A stretch of 64,000 nt of DNA, from the NCBI RefSeq assembly GCF_041956535.1, contig NW_027192191.1:817443-881442 (forward strand). The letters are read 5' to 3'. The DNA is from Calcarisporiella thermophila CBS 279.70 (taxonomy: Eukaryota > Fungi > Calcarisporiellomycota). The number at the start of each line of letters is the position of its first letter. Position 1 is the first letter of the stretch. The notes beneath the pieces were generated by a model. That model saw only the letters and a list, made by a program, of their open reading frames with translations. It did not search any database and had not been told where the DNA came from. Shown here piece after piece: positions 51,175 to 62,484 of this stretch. A program made the translations under genes and the position numbers.

Positions 51175-51699
51175 TGCTAGAGACCGAGTTAATAATTAAC
51201 AGCAAATCTCTTTTTTCTTGCAGCTAATCCTGATCCCTTTGTTATTTATTCCTCCCGAGACACACTAAAACCAAAGAAAAAAAAGAGAATGGGAAAGTGT
51301 AAGTTGTTTGTAACTGCACCTGAGTCAGACCACACATAAAGCTCCGCCAGTTATGGAAATTCTTATAAATCGATTCAAATGGTTTCCGATACTGAGTTGG
51401 GAAAATATGAGTAAGTGCCAGAGGGAAGTTTAAAGCAAACAAAAAACTTTTTCAATGCTGCCTGCTCGTTTTCTCACGCGCCTGCCCCTCTTGGAAATGC
51501 GGTATATCAGATCCTTCGCGCCCTTCTTGCTTTTACCGGCATAACCATCACCTACCTGTCACTCGGAAAAATATTTGGCTCGACCCCCTTATCTTTACTA
51601 ACGATCTAAATCGTGACAGCCTTCAATTGGTGGCTTATCACAAGGACTTCCGTACACCTTCGTTACTCTAACACGATCAACCTTTGTTGTCTTCTAGCG

Positions 51700-52560
51700 A
51701 TGGCGGGCCTAGCACTTGCGATCCTTTTGCTTGTATTATTATCAGAGGCCATCCTCTTCTTTGGTTACACTGCCGTCACAAATTTTGTAAATGCTACGAG
51801 ACAATTTCTCGATGATCTATCAAACTATCCATTAGATTCTAATTATTGGATCGATATATTATGTTCATAGGCATACAACGCATGGCTTGAAATACGGTAT
51901 AAAAAAGAGATGAACAAGCAACGGAAGCTAAAACATGATGCCCTCCAGCTACGTGCTGAAATCAGAGGGACAAGCTCACAAGTTAGTCTGAAAATCTTAC
52001 TTGCATAGAATCTCAGAATTTAAGTGTATGTTTTCTAATAGGATGAATTCGCAAAATGGGCAAAACTTCGGAGAAAGCTGGATAGCACAGTAACTCAACT
52101 CGAAAAACTTAGTGAGCATTGCTATTAATTTAATAGTACAACTCTAAGAAATTGAATATATTTACTTGATTATTTTCTTTCACCAGATTCAGAACTTGCC
52201 TTTTCGAGGACTTCTTTCGAGCTAAAATTCAAGAGTGCACTCTGGATATTAACCAATGGCTTCCAAGCTATTATCATTATACTCTACCGTAAGACTCCTG
52301 TTTTCTATCTGCCAATGGGATGGTTTGGACCAGTGAGATGGCTAGTATCGTTCCCATTCGCTCCGACTGGATCAGTAAGCGTTACCGTCTGGTTTCTTGT
52401 CTGCCGCAGCGTTGTCCGACAAGGACTAGAAGTACTGCAAGTATTGTTACCACCCATTGTGGAGCGATCGGTGCAAACTGACGCTAAGAGTGAGCATGAT
52501 GTAAAGGATAACTTAGATGTAAAGCAACAGTCCTCCCCTTCAACTTCATCTACTAAATGA
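51700..52560 (+). CDS. GET1: GET complex subunit Get1/WRB, 4 exons
   Basis: TM1, coiled coil with TSSQDEFAKWAKLRRKLD, YRKTPVFYLPMGWFGPVRWLVSFPFAPTGSVSVTVW. Confidence 0.92.
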
Positions 52561-53199
52561 TCACTTTTCATTTTTATTCGCGATTGAATTGATTAATAAT
52601 CAAAATCATCTAATTTTTTAACGCGTGCTACGGTTATTTTACGTTATATAGGGTCTTTGGTTTCTCTATAAAAGCTTGTAATTTATACTCGTGAAATACT
52701 TGAGGTACTAGAGAAAGGAAATAGTCAGCATGATAGCATGTCAAGTTCTCTTCCCTTCAACCATAGAAAATTAAGATCATACTTCGAAATACTGTCGTTT
52801 TTTGAAATGTAGATTTTAATGCTAAACAAGTTATCACCAGTGCTTAAAGTACTATTCTATTTTACTTGGAATGCTATTTAAAAACTTTCACAATTTGATG
52901 GGTTGCACATAAAATTAAACCTTTGTTAAGATCATTGAAATGATGGGATATATAAGAAGTTATCATATTTAAAGTTCCTTTGCCATATTCAAGGAACTAA
53001 CCTACACTTTTTCTACTATTAATATAGAATATGAAATACGATTTAATATAATCATCACCCGAATATTCTTAACCAGAAGATAGTGCATTGAAATTTTATA
53101 ATTTTCTCTTGCCCGTAACTTCTTTCACTTTCCTTACCCTAACTTCATATTTTTACATTAATATTCCAAAATACTGCTAGTTTAAACTAATTTTTCATG

Positions 53200-54000
53200 G
53201 ATGCAGATAGATATAATGGCTAACAGTTCCCATCCTTATCTTTTTAAGAGGATGGATCGGCTCCTGGTGGTTCCAAGAAGTAAGTAGCAAAATCTTCGCG
53301 CTCCTGTAGGCTTTCTTCCAATCTTGGTTTCTAAAAAATTCTAAGCCTCTGCTTTTCCATCTTCTTTTATCATCCCTCTAAATGTAGGTATCCGTTGCAG
53401 AAAAAAGAAGTAGCCATTTGGAATATTTCTCCAGTCGAGAGCTTTTCCCTCTGATTATCTCCTCCATCATTTCCCCCTCCGTGATTGAATTACGCACGCC
53501 TAGATTCATTGCCAGTTTTTGAAAAGAGTCGACTAAGGTACTCCAATCATCAAATTTAAGCCAGAATATGCAATTATATTCTTCCGGTTACGATAGCAGT
53601 AACTGAGTATCAAATCAGTCCTTCTCATTCCTGCAAGTCCACGGAGTGCTAGAATTCTACAATCATCTGAAGTAGGTTTAATGCTGAGTTCTTTCATCAA
53701 GGCGTCATGAATGATTGTGCAGACTATGAAATAATCATAATTGCTGCGAGGGAGGCCAAAATACATGTCAATATCTACTAAAGGAGTAGTCGGAGAGAGA
53801 ATTCAAGTAGGGCTTAAGACCTTAAGATCAATGACATTTTAATTAGAAATGTTTTTTAATAAGGAGATTTATATCTACCAATTAAAGCATCACCATTGAC
53901 GTTTATATTTCCACAGATCGTAACCCCACCAGTCTCAGTGCGTACTTGTTGAGTATGGACCGTTTGCGTAGCAATATTGTACTAACATTTCTTCTTTCCT
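53200..54000 (-). pseudogene. possible highly decayed non-LTR retroelement fragment
   Basis: Stop-ridden reading with ILLRKRS and PLVDIDMYFGLP, reminiscent of the region after RT in fungal LINE-like elements; gene-free context; weak. Confidence 0.25.
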
Positions 54001-55449
54001 CAAAATCGCTTTAGAACTGAATTTTGTATTAAATATAAGCTTTTTATGTCTATAACCTATATTAACCTAACGCGTCTTGATTTAAAGATTGGATTTTAGA
54101 GATTTTCTAGAAATTTATTCATCATAAATTCTCTTTTCAATAACTTTTAATTGACAAATTTGAACAGATCAATATCATACAAGCATCAATTGTGCGCAAT
54201 TTGTAAAATTATGTTAGGGGATATTGTAAAATCAGATTTGAATACCTAAATTCTCAGCTTTCACTTGATCGATCATATACCTCATATTTTTCTTTAATCT
54301 TGACAGTAAAAGTTAGCGCATCTTATTGGCAAAACGCTGCGACAGTAGTATTTATAACTCCTTCTAGTTGGCAAATTTTCGTTAGCTCTACTAGAAGCCT
54401 CGATGCCAGTGATTTTCATTTAATCTCCTGATGGAAATCTAAAGTACAAAGGTCTTTCAGATTTGATCAGATATCTAGTACCCTTTAGAAGAAGGGCTCT
54501 GTTACCTCATAATTACCGTAAGTTGCGTATTATCTGACAACCTCATTCCAAAATGTTGCTAGCTCTACACCTTCCTGCCAAATTTATCCACGAGCTATTC
54601 AAGTTATCGACAGTGGTTATTTCTGCATTTTATTAACATCTACTTACATAATATTCGGCTAGACTTCTTTCTTATCCTCCCTGCTTCACGGTTCAAATCC
54701 AAGGTTATTTAATATATCTAATATATTTCATTCAGATTCGGATTAATTCATTGTATGATTCCATTTGATATTTAGAAGACTTAATCAGCTGCGCATCATA
54801 ATAGCTACAAAGCAATGACGAAAGGAATATGTTAATTGTAGGGAAATCGATCGTTTAGCCTACAGTTTTACTGATCTTTTACAATTATCTTCCCCCCAGC
54901 CCTTTAATAAATTAACTACAGAATTAACATATAGTGAACTCACCAGTAGCGAAGAGCACAATCTTTTAAGCATGAATATTTAGTAGCTTTAAAGTCAAAA
55001 ACTTGAGATCTCTGACAATAATAAAATCACTGCAATTATCCCATCAAAAAAAGTGCAAATATGTAACCATTAACATTATGTTGCTATCTGATTCGTTCTT
55101 TATAATATAGCCTACCCTGATAGGAGTGCAAGACAACCTTTTCCGAATTTAGTTTCCCAAAATAGTGAATTTTGATATGTCCAAAAGTCGCTTACTCGAC
55201 ATTGAAATGTTTCAGATAGCACCATGCGTTCCGTTGGCACCGAGATGTGATTTTAGAGCTCTAGGCTAATCAATTCCAAGAAGATTCTGATTCGATGTCA
55301 TTGGTTCTCCTCTCTGTTATCCGGGGAGGCTCCACTTAGTCAGCGGCAAACGGTCACTCGCACACAAGAAAAGTTCTCCTTAATTAATAGATAAGCCTAA
55401 AGGCTATTTTATAAAATTCTCATCGACAAGCAGTTCGCTGAAATCCATT

Positions 55450-56019
55450 GGTCCGGCGATACAGAGGGCCCGGTGTAACCACCACTTTCACATGTGGTAA
55501 AGTGCACGATCTCCACAGGCATGTCTTAAGCGCCAAAAGCTGATATTCAAGGAAGAGCAGCGAGAAACGGCGAAGGATTTCTCAATCGCCTTGTGCTCGA
55601 AGCAAATGTTCATCCATATTTCACAATGGGAGGAATGTTTGCTTGCCCATTATGTGGCAAATCCAGATTGAAGCGCAGCAGCATGCGGCTTCGGTGGCAT
55701 GGGGAAAAAATTGCATTGGAAGGCTGTGTCTGGAGAAACCTTAAAAGATGAGGTTGCGGCCTTAGTCGATGGGAAACCGAAAAGCGAGCCTCAAGCGCGC
55801 TTACCTTCACATTCCACAGCTTGGGCGAGAGCGATAGAGCTGCGACTCGGTTTGAAATGGAGCTTCTCACATTCGTTTGGATTTCGAATGCTAAATCTTA
55901 ACACATGGAAACCAAACCAAGTGCCGAAGGAAAATCCGGAAATATTAAAAATGGGGGGTGGGCCAATCGTGGGCGATGTCGTGTCGTCACACCCGCTTCC
56001 TGGGCAAGAGTATAAATAA
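55450..56019 (+). pseudogene. frameshifted C2H2-like zinc-finger remnant
   Basis: FACPLCGKSRLKRSSMRLRWHG/KKLH, needing a shift at GGGGAAAAAA ~55701; upstream CGKVHDLHRH ends in a stop. Confidence 0.35.
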
Positions 56020-56120
56020 CCAGGAAGCCGGGCCTCGTGCGTTTAGCTGTAGCCTCTGCTCTACGTCCTCTTTTAACAATTGTGCAGCCAGCACTTCTCT
56101 CAGGTCAGTCTCCCGTCGTA

Positions 56121-57503
56121 ATGGCAAGCGCAAACATAATCTCGGAAAAAGCTTCCGAAATCCTTCTCGATACTCCATTCGTAGATACTCCACTTACCGC
56201 AGCTACGGTTGGAATTGTAAGTAGTGGAGAGAATTAAGCCAATCTCCCCTGCCCTGCCTTATTGATGCATGACTCCTTACTGTGTAGGAAAATGGGGCTC
56301 ATAAATATGTGGAATTCGTTCACAAACCTTTGAAACCAAAGAAAATCGTGGTGTTATGTGATGGTACTTGGTACGGTCCTGCCGCTAACAGCAACGTCAG
56401 GAAGCTGTATGAAGAGATGAAGATCGATACAGACCAGGTGGTTTATTATGACTCGGGAGTGGGAATCGGAGGCACCATACAAAACTTTTTTTTGAGTGGA
56501 GCTGTGGCCAAGGATATTGACGAGAAAATCAAAGAGGCATATAGATTCATAGTTAAGTACTATCACCCGGAGGCCCGCGTATGGTTGTTTGGCTTCAGTC
56601 GAGGGGCTTATACTGCGAGATGCGTCTCGGGAATCATTAATCACTGCGGAATTTTAGAAGCGGCCAACATCGCCCTGGTAGATCGTGTCTATGAAATTTA
56701 CCGGAGCAGAGATCCTGTTTATGCACGCGAGGGGGCAGAGGCAACATCCATTAGAACGCAGAGCAGTCATCCTATTGACCTTGCTGAACCTCCTATTGAG
56801 TTTCTTGGATTATGGGATACGGTTGGTGCTCTTGGCCTTCCCTCCTTCTTTGTTGGTAGGGGATTCGAATACTTGCAATTCCATGATCAATACATCCCCA
56901 ATATAGTGCGTCGCGTGTGCCACGCTTTGTCTATTCACGAAAGAATCACCTTTTTCACGCCTTGTCGTGCATTCTCGCAGGAAGATCCACAACGAATCGA
57001 AGAAACATGGTTCCCCGGGGTGCACTGGGAAATTGGGGGGGGGGCAGCTTATGGGAATTGGAGGCGATCCAAAGATGCCACTCGCCACTCTCTTGTGGAT
57101 GATTGAGAAGATATTCGAAGAGAATAAGAAATTCCAAGATGAGACACGAAGGCTTCGCTTAAAGGAGGAAGACATTGAGGTGTATCGAGAGAAATATGCA
57201 CCTTGGAATGGACCATCTGAAAATCTGCCGTCTCGAGTCATTCGGGTTGTCTATGGATGGGTGTCCAATTGCATTCAAAAGACATACTTGTACAGAGATC
57301 GTATCATCCCACTAAAGTTTATTAATGACGAGGGGAAGAAGCAGCTGCACCCACAGCTCCTCTTCAACATGGGCGACTGGCAGAAAGTATATGGGCCGCG
57401 AGATGCATTGGGAAGGCGTTATCCATCCTCGATTGCGTACGAAGAGCTTCGTGATACCATGGATTCGATTGGAGTGACTTTACCAAACGGGATTTTGTAC
57501 TAA
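56121..57503 (+). pseudogene. DUF2235 / T6SS Tle1-like alpha-beta hydrolase (phospholipase); one intron (56217-56287) and a frameshift in a G10 run
   Basis: IVVLCDGTW, SNV, YDSGVG, LFGFSRGAYTAR (nucleophile), LWDTVGALG, HALSIHE, WFPGVHWEIGGG; C-terminus (PLATLLWMIEK) in another frame after G10 at 57035-57044; TATAAATA at 56011. Confidence 0.85.
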
Positions 57504-59280
57504 GCACAAGGGATAGTTGGACAGAAGAAAGTGCACACGACATGAGTAGGAAAAATGGCGGAAATATTTATATACCATTTTGACCAGGAGAGATGTATTG
57601 CGACTTGTATAGCAATGAACATTGAGAAATAAATTTTAGTGTTGTTAATTTTTCATGCTCTCCGCTCCAGTTCACTTCGGTTAGGTAATCCTCTTTTTTG
57701 GTAAAAAGAGTATGATTCGGGTATCTAACATGATGCCTCGAGACTCTATCCTTTGGGTAGTATAATTAGATATACATTCTGTTAAACTTGGAATATTCTC
57801 AAAAATAGGATTGTACTTTGGTGCTACTGATTTATATACCAATCTCATAACATACTAAGGCCTTCCGAATATTGGGTAGCTACTTGAAGAAACTGAGCGC
57901 TTTTAGAAATTATCGCGCGATTTTGACATTTAAAAAAATGCTGGAATGAGAAATTTTCTCTGTGTACATACAAATAATATAAAAGCAAGATATTCTATGT
58001 TGCGTAACATAACCTAGATTATCACTTCGATCGAAATCGATTTTCTGAGAACCTCTGGTATCTTTGTTTTTTGACATAACCTTTGATGATGAATAGAGCA
58101 ACTCACTTCAGAAGCCCGATTTAAAGAGACCTACGCAAACGTTTATGTGAAAAAAAAAATGAATTAGTCACTCTCTTTACTGCACAGTTTTTAGTTAGGA
58201 AGAAATTTTCTTAAAAATAGGCGCCTTAATCTAACAAAGGAGGAAATGGACTAAAAGGGATATCATCTTTTAACCAGGAAATTTTTGTGCTAAGGCATTG
58301 AAGTTTCTGACTCTGTAAATAATTTTTTTTGAAAATGGGCCGGTCTTTAGATAAAAACAAAGACTATGCGAAAAAAATCAAAACGACCCTAAAAACTCCT
58401 CCCACGGTTTGAGTGTTGTATATCAGATCCGCATCCCTGAGAAGTGTTAGCATCCTTTGCAACCTTTCTTCTGATATCCTGAGCATATTTGTTAAATTAT
58501 AGTTCTTAAGCCATGTAATGCACAAGTGAAGTTGCCTTATAATAGCAATTCTCAATCTGACTGCAGAACCATGGACGTACAGTATACTTCAATTTTCTGC
58601 AGTGTGGCGATACTTCTCTTTCTAGTACTTTACAAGATGCAAATATACATTTAAATAATTGCATGGTTAGGTCGAAAGGACGTGTTCTTCCTTACTTTCT
58701 TGGAGTCACATGGTTCGACTATTCTCTATCAAGAAGTAAAATAACTTGGTGACAATCTTTTATTCTTATCACCGAAAATATGAAGGCAGATATTGTCTCG
58801 GATTTAATTGTTGAAGAGCGGAATCCCTCTATAGGACAAGGAGAGGCACTTTGTATATCATTGTATATTATAAATTAGCTCTGTATACTAAGCCTACCGT
58901 TGTCCGTTGTATAAACCCCATAGATTAAACCGTTTATTGCTATTTTCTCCCCACCTCTTTACCACACTTTTCATTTTTCCTTTTTTCTCGATTTTCCTTC
59001 TCAGTAGTTTTATTTTCACCATTTAACATCTTAAATGTATGTTGAATGTATGCTGACTGAATCGCATTTTGCATACACTCTCCTATTATGCCGACACTTC
59101 CATAGTATTCCGCGCATGCCATTCTCTTAAAACGCATGTTTAATCGAATTGTGAGTATTGGTTTTCCCGGTTGTCAACGAAGTAAAGAGTATAAATACCC
59201 TTCATTTGTCTTGGGAAGTAAAGTCATTGTTCACTCATTTCCTTATATATCCGATCATTCAATCCGATTCGCATCGCAAG

Positions 59281-59550
59281 ATGAAAGCAACATTTCTCAT
59301 CTCGGTTCTCTTCTTGGCCTCCGTTGGCCTTACTCGTGCCCAGGATGATGATTTGGCCGATTTTGATCGGGGATCTCGTCGCCGGACCCAGTGCTCTATC
59401 ACTTGTGCTGGCACCCTCTTCCCGGTCTGTTTCTGCGCTAAAAACTGGAACGAAGCTTTTAGTTCTCCCCAGGATTTCGCTCGCAGAAGGACCTCTTCTT
59501 GCTCCGTCTCCTGTAACTCCAATCAAACCCCCATTTGCTTCTGCTATTAA
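59281..59550 (+). CDS. secreted precursor (89 aa) with two RRR-preceded Cx3Cx7CxC peptide cores (KEP-like)
   Basis: Signal MKATFLISVLFLASVGLTRA; acidic pro region; RRR|TQCSITCAGTLFPVCFCA; spacer; RRR|TSSCSVSCNSNQTPICFCY*; TATAAATA at 59190. Confidence 0.85.
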   Translation: MKATFLISVLFLASVGLTRAQDDDLADFDRGSRRRTQCSITCAGTLFPVCFCAKNWNEAFSSPQDFARRRTSSCSVSCNSNQTPICFCY

Positions 59551-60146
59551 CGTCCACGAGTTTGCATGCACTATATCCACCTGATCCACTTATTGCACGA
59601 AGTAACACCCATTTTATAGCACTTTGAGGTAATTGAAAATGATAACAGAGCATATAATGACATGTATCGTATTATTTGGAGGCAATTCATTATCAACTTG
59701 AAAAATAAACCCATAGCGTTGCAATGATGTGATATAATATGTCTCTCTTTCTCTATTTTGTGCCTTAGAATCAATTTTCTAGAGAGATTTCCTTCCCTTT
59801 GCACTGTTGGAAGGATAGCCATTTCGAACAAGTCAATGGATATTGCATGGATAGACTGGTTCTTTAAGTCAAAATTCTGCACTTATTGAAAGTGAAATTT
59901 TATCCACTTCGTTACAAATATTCTGCTAACATTACTTCTGTTTGGTATTCTATATTCAAAGTTGAAGAGTTATGTCTAAAAGCGTTAAATTTGCTCTTTG
60001 TAGGTGATTAATCTTCATTTCGGTGTCCGATTCGTTGTGTTTCAACTTCAAAAGGCTAGTAGTCGACCAAATGGTGGTATAATTGTCTATTTGGCTGTAA
60101 TAATAAACAACTTCAACAGATATATATAAATTGGAAAAAAAAGTAA

Positions 60147-61751
60147 TCATGCTGCAGTAATGTGAATTAATTCCTCGTCTTCCGAACTGCTGGCCTCTTC
60201 GTCAAGAGTATTCAAAAGGATGGACTCGCTCCCCATCGACAGCCGGGATCTTTCAATAGATCGATGCGAATTGCCACCCGGACCCTTGTAGTGACTCGAG
60301 CGAGAGAAATTCCGCCTGTTCCCTAGGTTCAAACTTGGTCTGGGAATGGCCATTTTATCGATCAGCATCGACTCGCGAGCGCTGTTGGTCGTACGCGACG
60401 AATTGAGAAGGAATACGCCAGCAAAAATGGTTAGGAAACCGCAGAATAGAGAGGCAATGTTCACCGTGCTGGAGGTGTTGAAGCCTTGGAACAGAATGAC
60501 CGAGGCAAGGATCGTGGCGGTGGTGAAAAACACATAGTAGATCGGATTCACCCTGTTTGGTCAAAATGTCAATTTACACAAAACAAAATAGTGGCCAAGC
60601 AATAGCCATGCTTACACGTTGGTGGAGAAAGCATCCAGAGCCTTTGTAAAGTAGTTCATCTGGATGAGGATCGCACAGCCAGTCGTTAGGGCGAACACGT
60701 AGGTGGATGGGTGAGTGAGCTGATTATTGCCCGCAAGGGTGAGCTTAAGAGCAACACCAAAGCCTTTCACAGACATCACGGAGATGGAGCCCACTAGTGA
60801 GCAGATGGAGAGGTAGACCAACGGATTCTTCTTGCCGTATTTTGGAGCGATGCGGTAGATCATAAAGATAGTGAATACCAAGACGAAAATGGTATAGATA
60901 AGAAAAGCTAAAAACGAGGAAACTCATAAGGCAAACGGAATTGTAAAAATGGGCTGATTAGGCTTTACGTGGTTGAACCGCATAATGAAGTATCTCATCC
61001 ACTGTCTGGACATCCTATTTATTTGAATGAGGTGCATCAAATTAGGTCATGTCTATATTAATAAGGGCTGTCCATTATTCTCACTTTATCTTCGGGTGCG
61101 TGAAGTACGATAAGTAGAGCTCCAATAACACATAACATACATCCCACTTTGCCGATGTTTTTAAGCTCCTCTTTCAATAAAAACGACGCCAGTATTGCTC
61201 TGAATAAGAAATTGAGACTCTGTATGTCAATGGTCTTCGACCTTCACTATGTAAATGGGAGAGAGAAATGACATACCCTATGATAACGCTTAGTGCACCA
61301 AGAGGGGTAACCAGAATAGCAGGCGCAAAAGTGTAGGCAGCAAAATTGGCCACTTCGCCAAGTCCCACTACAATAAAAAGTATACACGTACACGTATTCA
61401 GGACAATTTTTTAGAAATATTCTCATATTACGATTCATCTTACTTGTTATGATTCCACACCACCATAGCGAGTTTTGAAGAAATGAATATGTATCACCGG
61501 CTAAGGAAGGAGCATATCAGATGAATGGATTAGACGAACTGTCCAATGAATAGACCCATCTACAGTGTACTTACCTGATTTTCCATCCACATTAGATGAT
61601 ATTAATCCTTTTTTAGTTATGATAAAGCTCACTCCGATTAACAACGACGACGACAGAGCTAGTAATAAACCTATGTACCTATTAAGGAACCACATCAACA
61701 AAAGCCATCTGATTATCATCGGGAATAAGAAATCTACTTGTCATCGATCAT
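60147..61751 (-). CDS. NIPA-family magnesium transporter, multi-exon
   Basis: [95 protein letters not shown]. Confidence 0.93.
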
Positions 61752-62484
61752 GATGGTATGCCCAGAGATGTATAGATACAAGTAGTATATAAGGAAGGTA
61801 TATGGAATTAATTTAACAAGGTTGCCCAATTAACCAAGGTGTAGGAATACTATAAGTCGATATCCAAGAGTGTCCAATTAAATAGCCATCAATAATCCCT
61901 AAGATGAGCTTCTCAGGGGAAAAACCAATATGAAAATTCTAAAAGAACACCGAGAAATTTCGTTGAAAGAACCTTATTTTATTTTTAGCCAGCAGGTTCA
62001 AATTTCAAACTTCGTCGAATCTCTGGGTGAAATAAATCTTAAAGTTCCAAACGAACGGTTAAAATACAGAGAAGATATTAGCACTCCCTTCACAGGCTGG
62101 CCTCACCCCTCAAATATACTGAAGTGGAGTGCTGTGCCTCAGTAGATGAAATATTAAAATTGGCCATAGAAAGGAAAATTTCTCTTTGGATCCACCATGA
62201 AAACTCATATCTTTCGCCAAAGGAGACTCTCGGTGTTTCACTTAATAGCTGTATTATTATTATAATTAAGTATTCCTCAAATTTATTTTGAGAATTTGTA
62301 GATCATATCATAGAGGTATATGCGAGGTGTGAAGGGAAATATAATGCACAAAATAAAGTAAGATAATATATAACTCTATGAAAGAAAAAAATTGACATCT
62401 CTAAGGAAGGCGAGGACAAAACGTGGTGGAAATAATAATGTATAATTAAATAAATAGTAGCGGCAAAAACAAAGTTCTATTTTT

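Noticed and set aside
55450-60100. Dikaritin/RiPP biosynthetic cluster around the two-core precursor
   Set aside because: No DUF3328/UstYa, tyrosinase or other tailoring genes nearby; the neighbours are a lipase and a Mg transporter.
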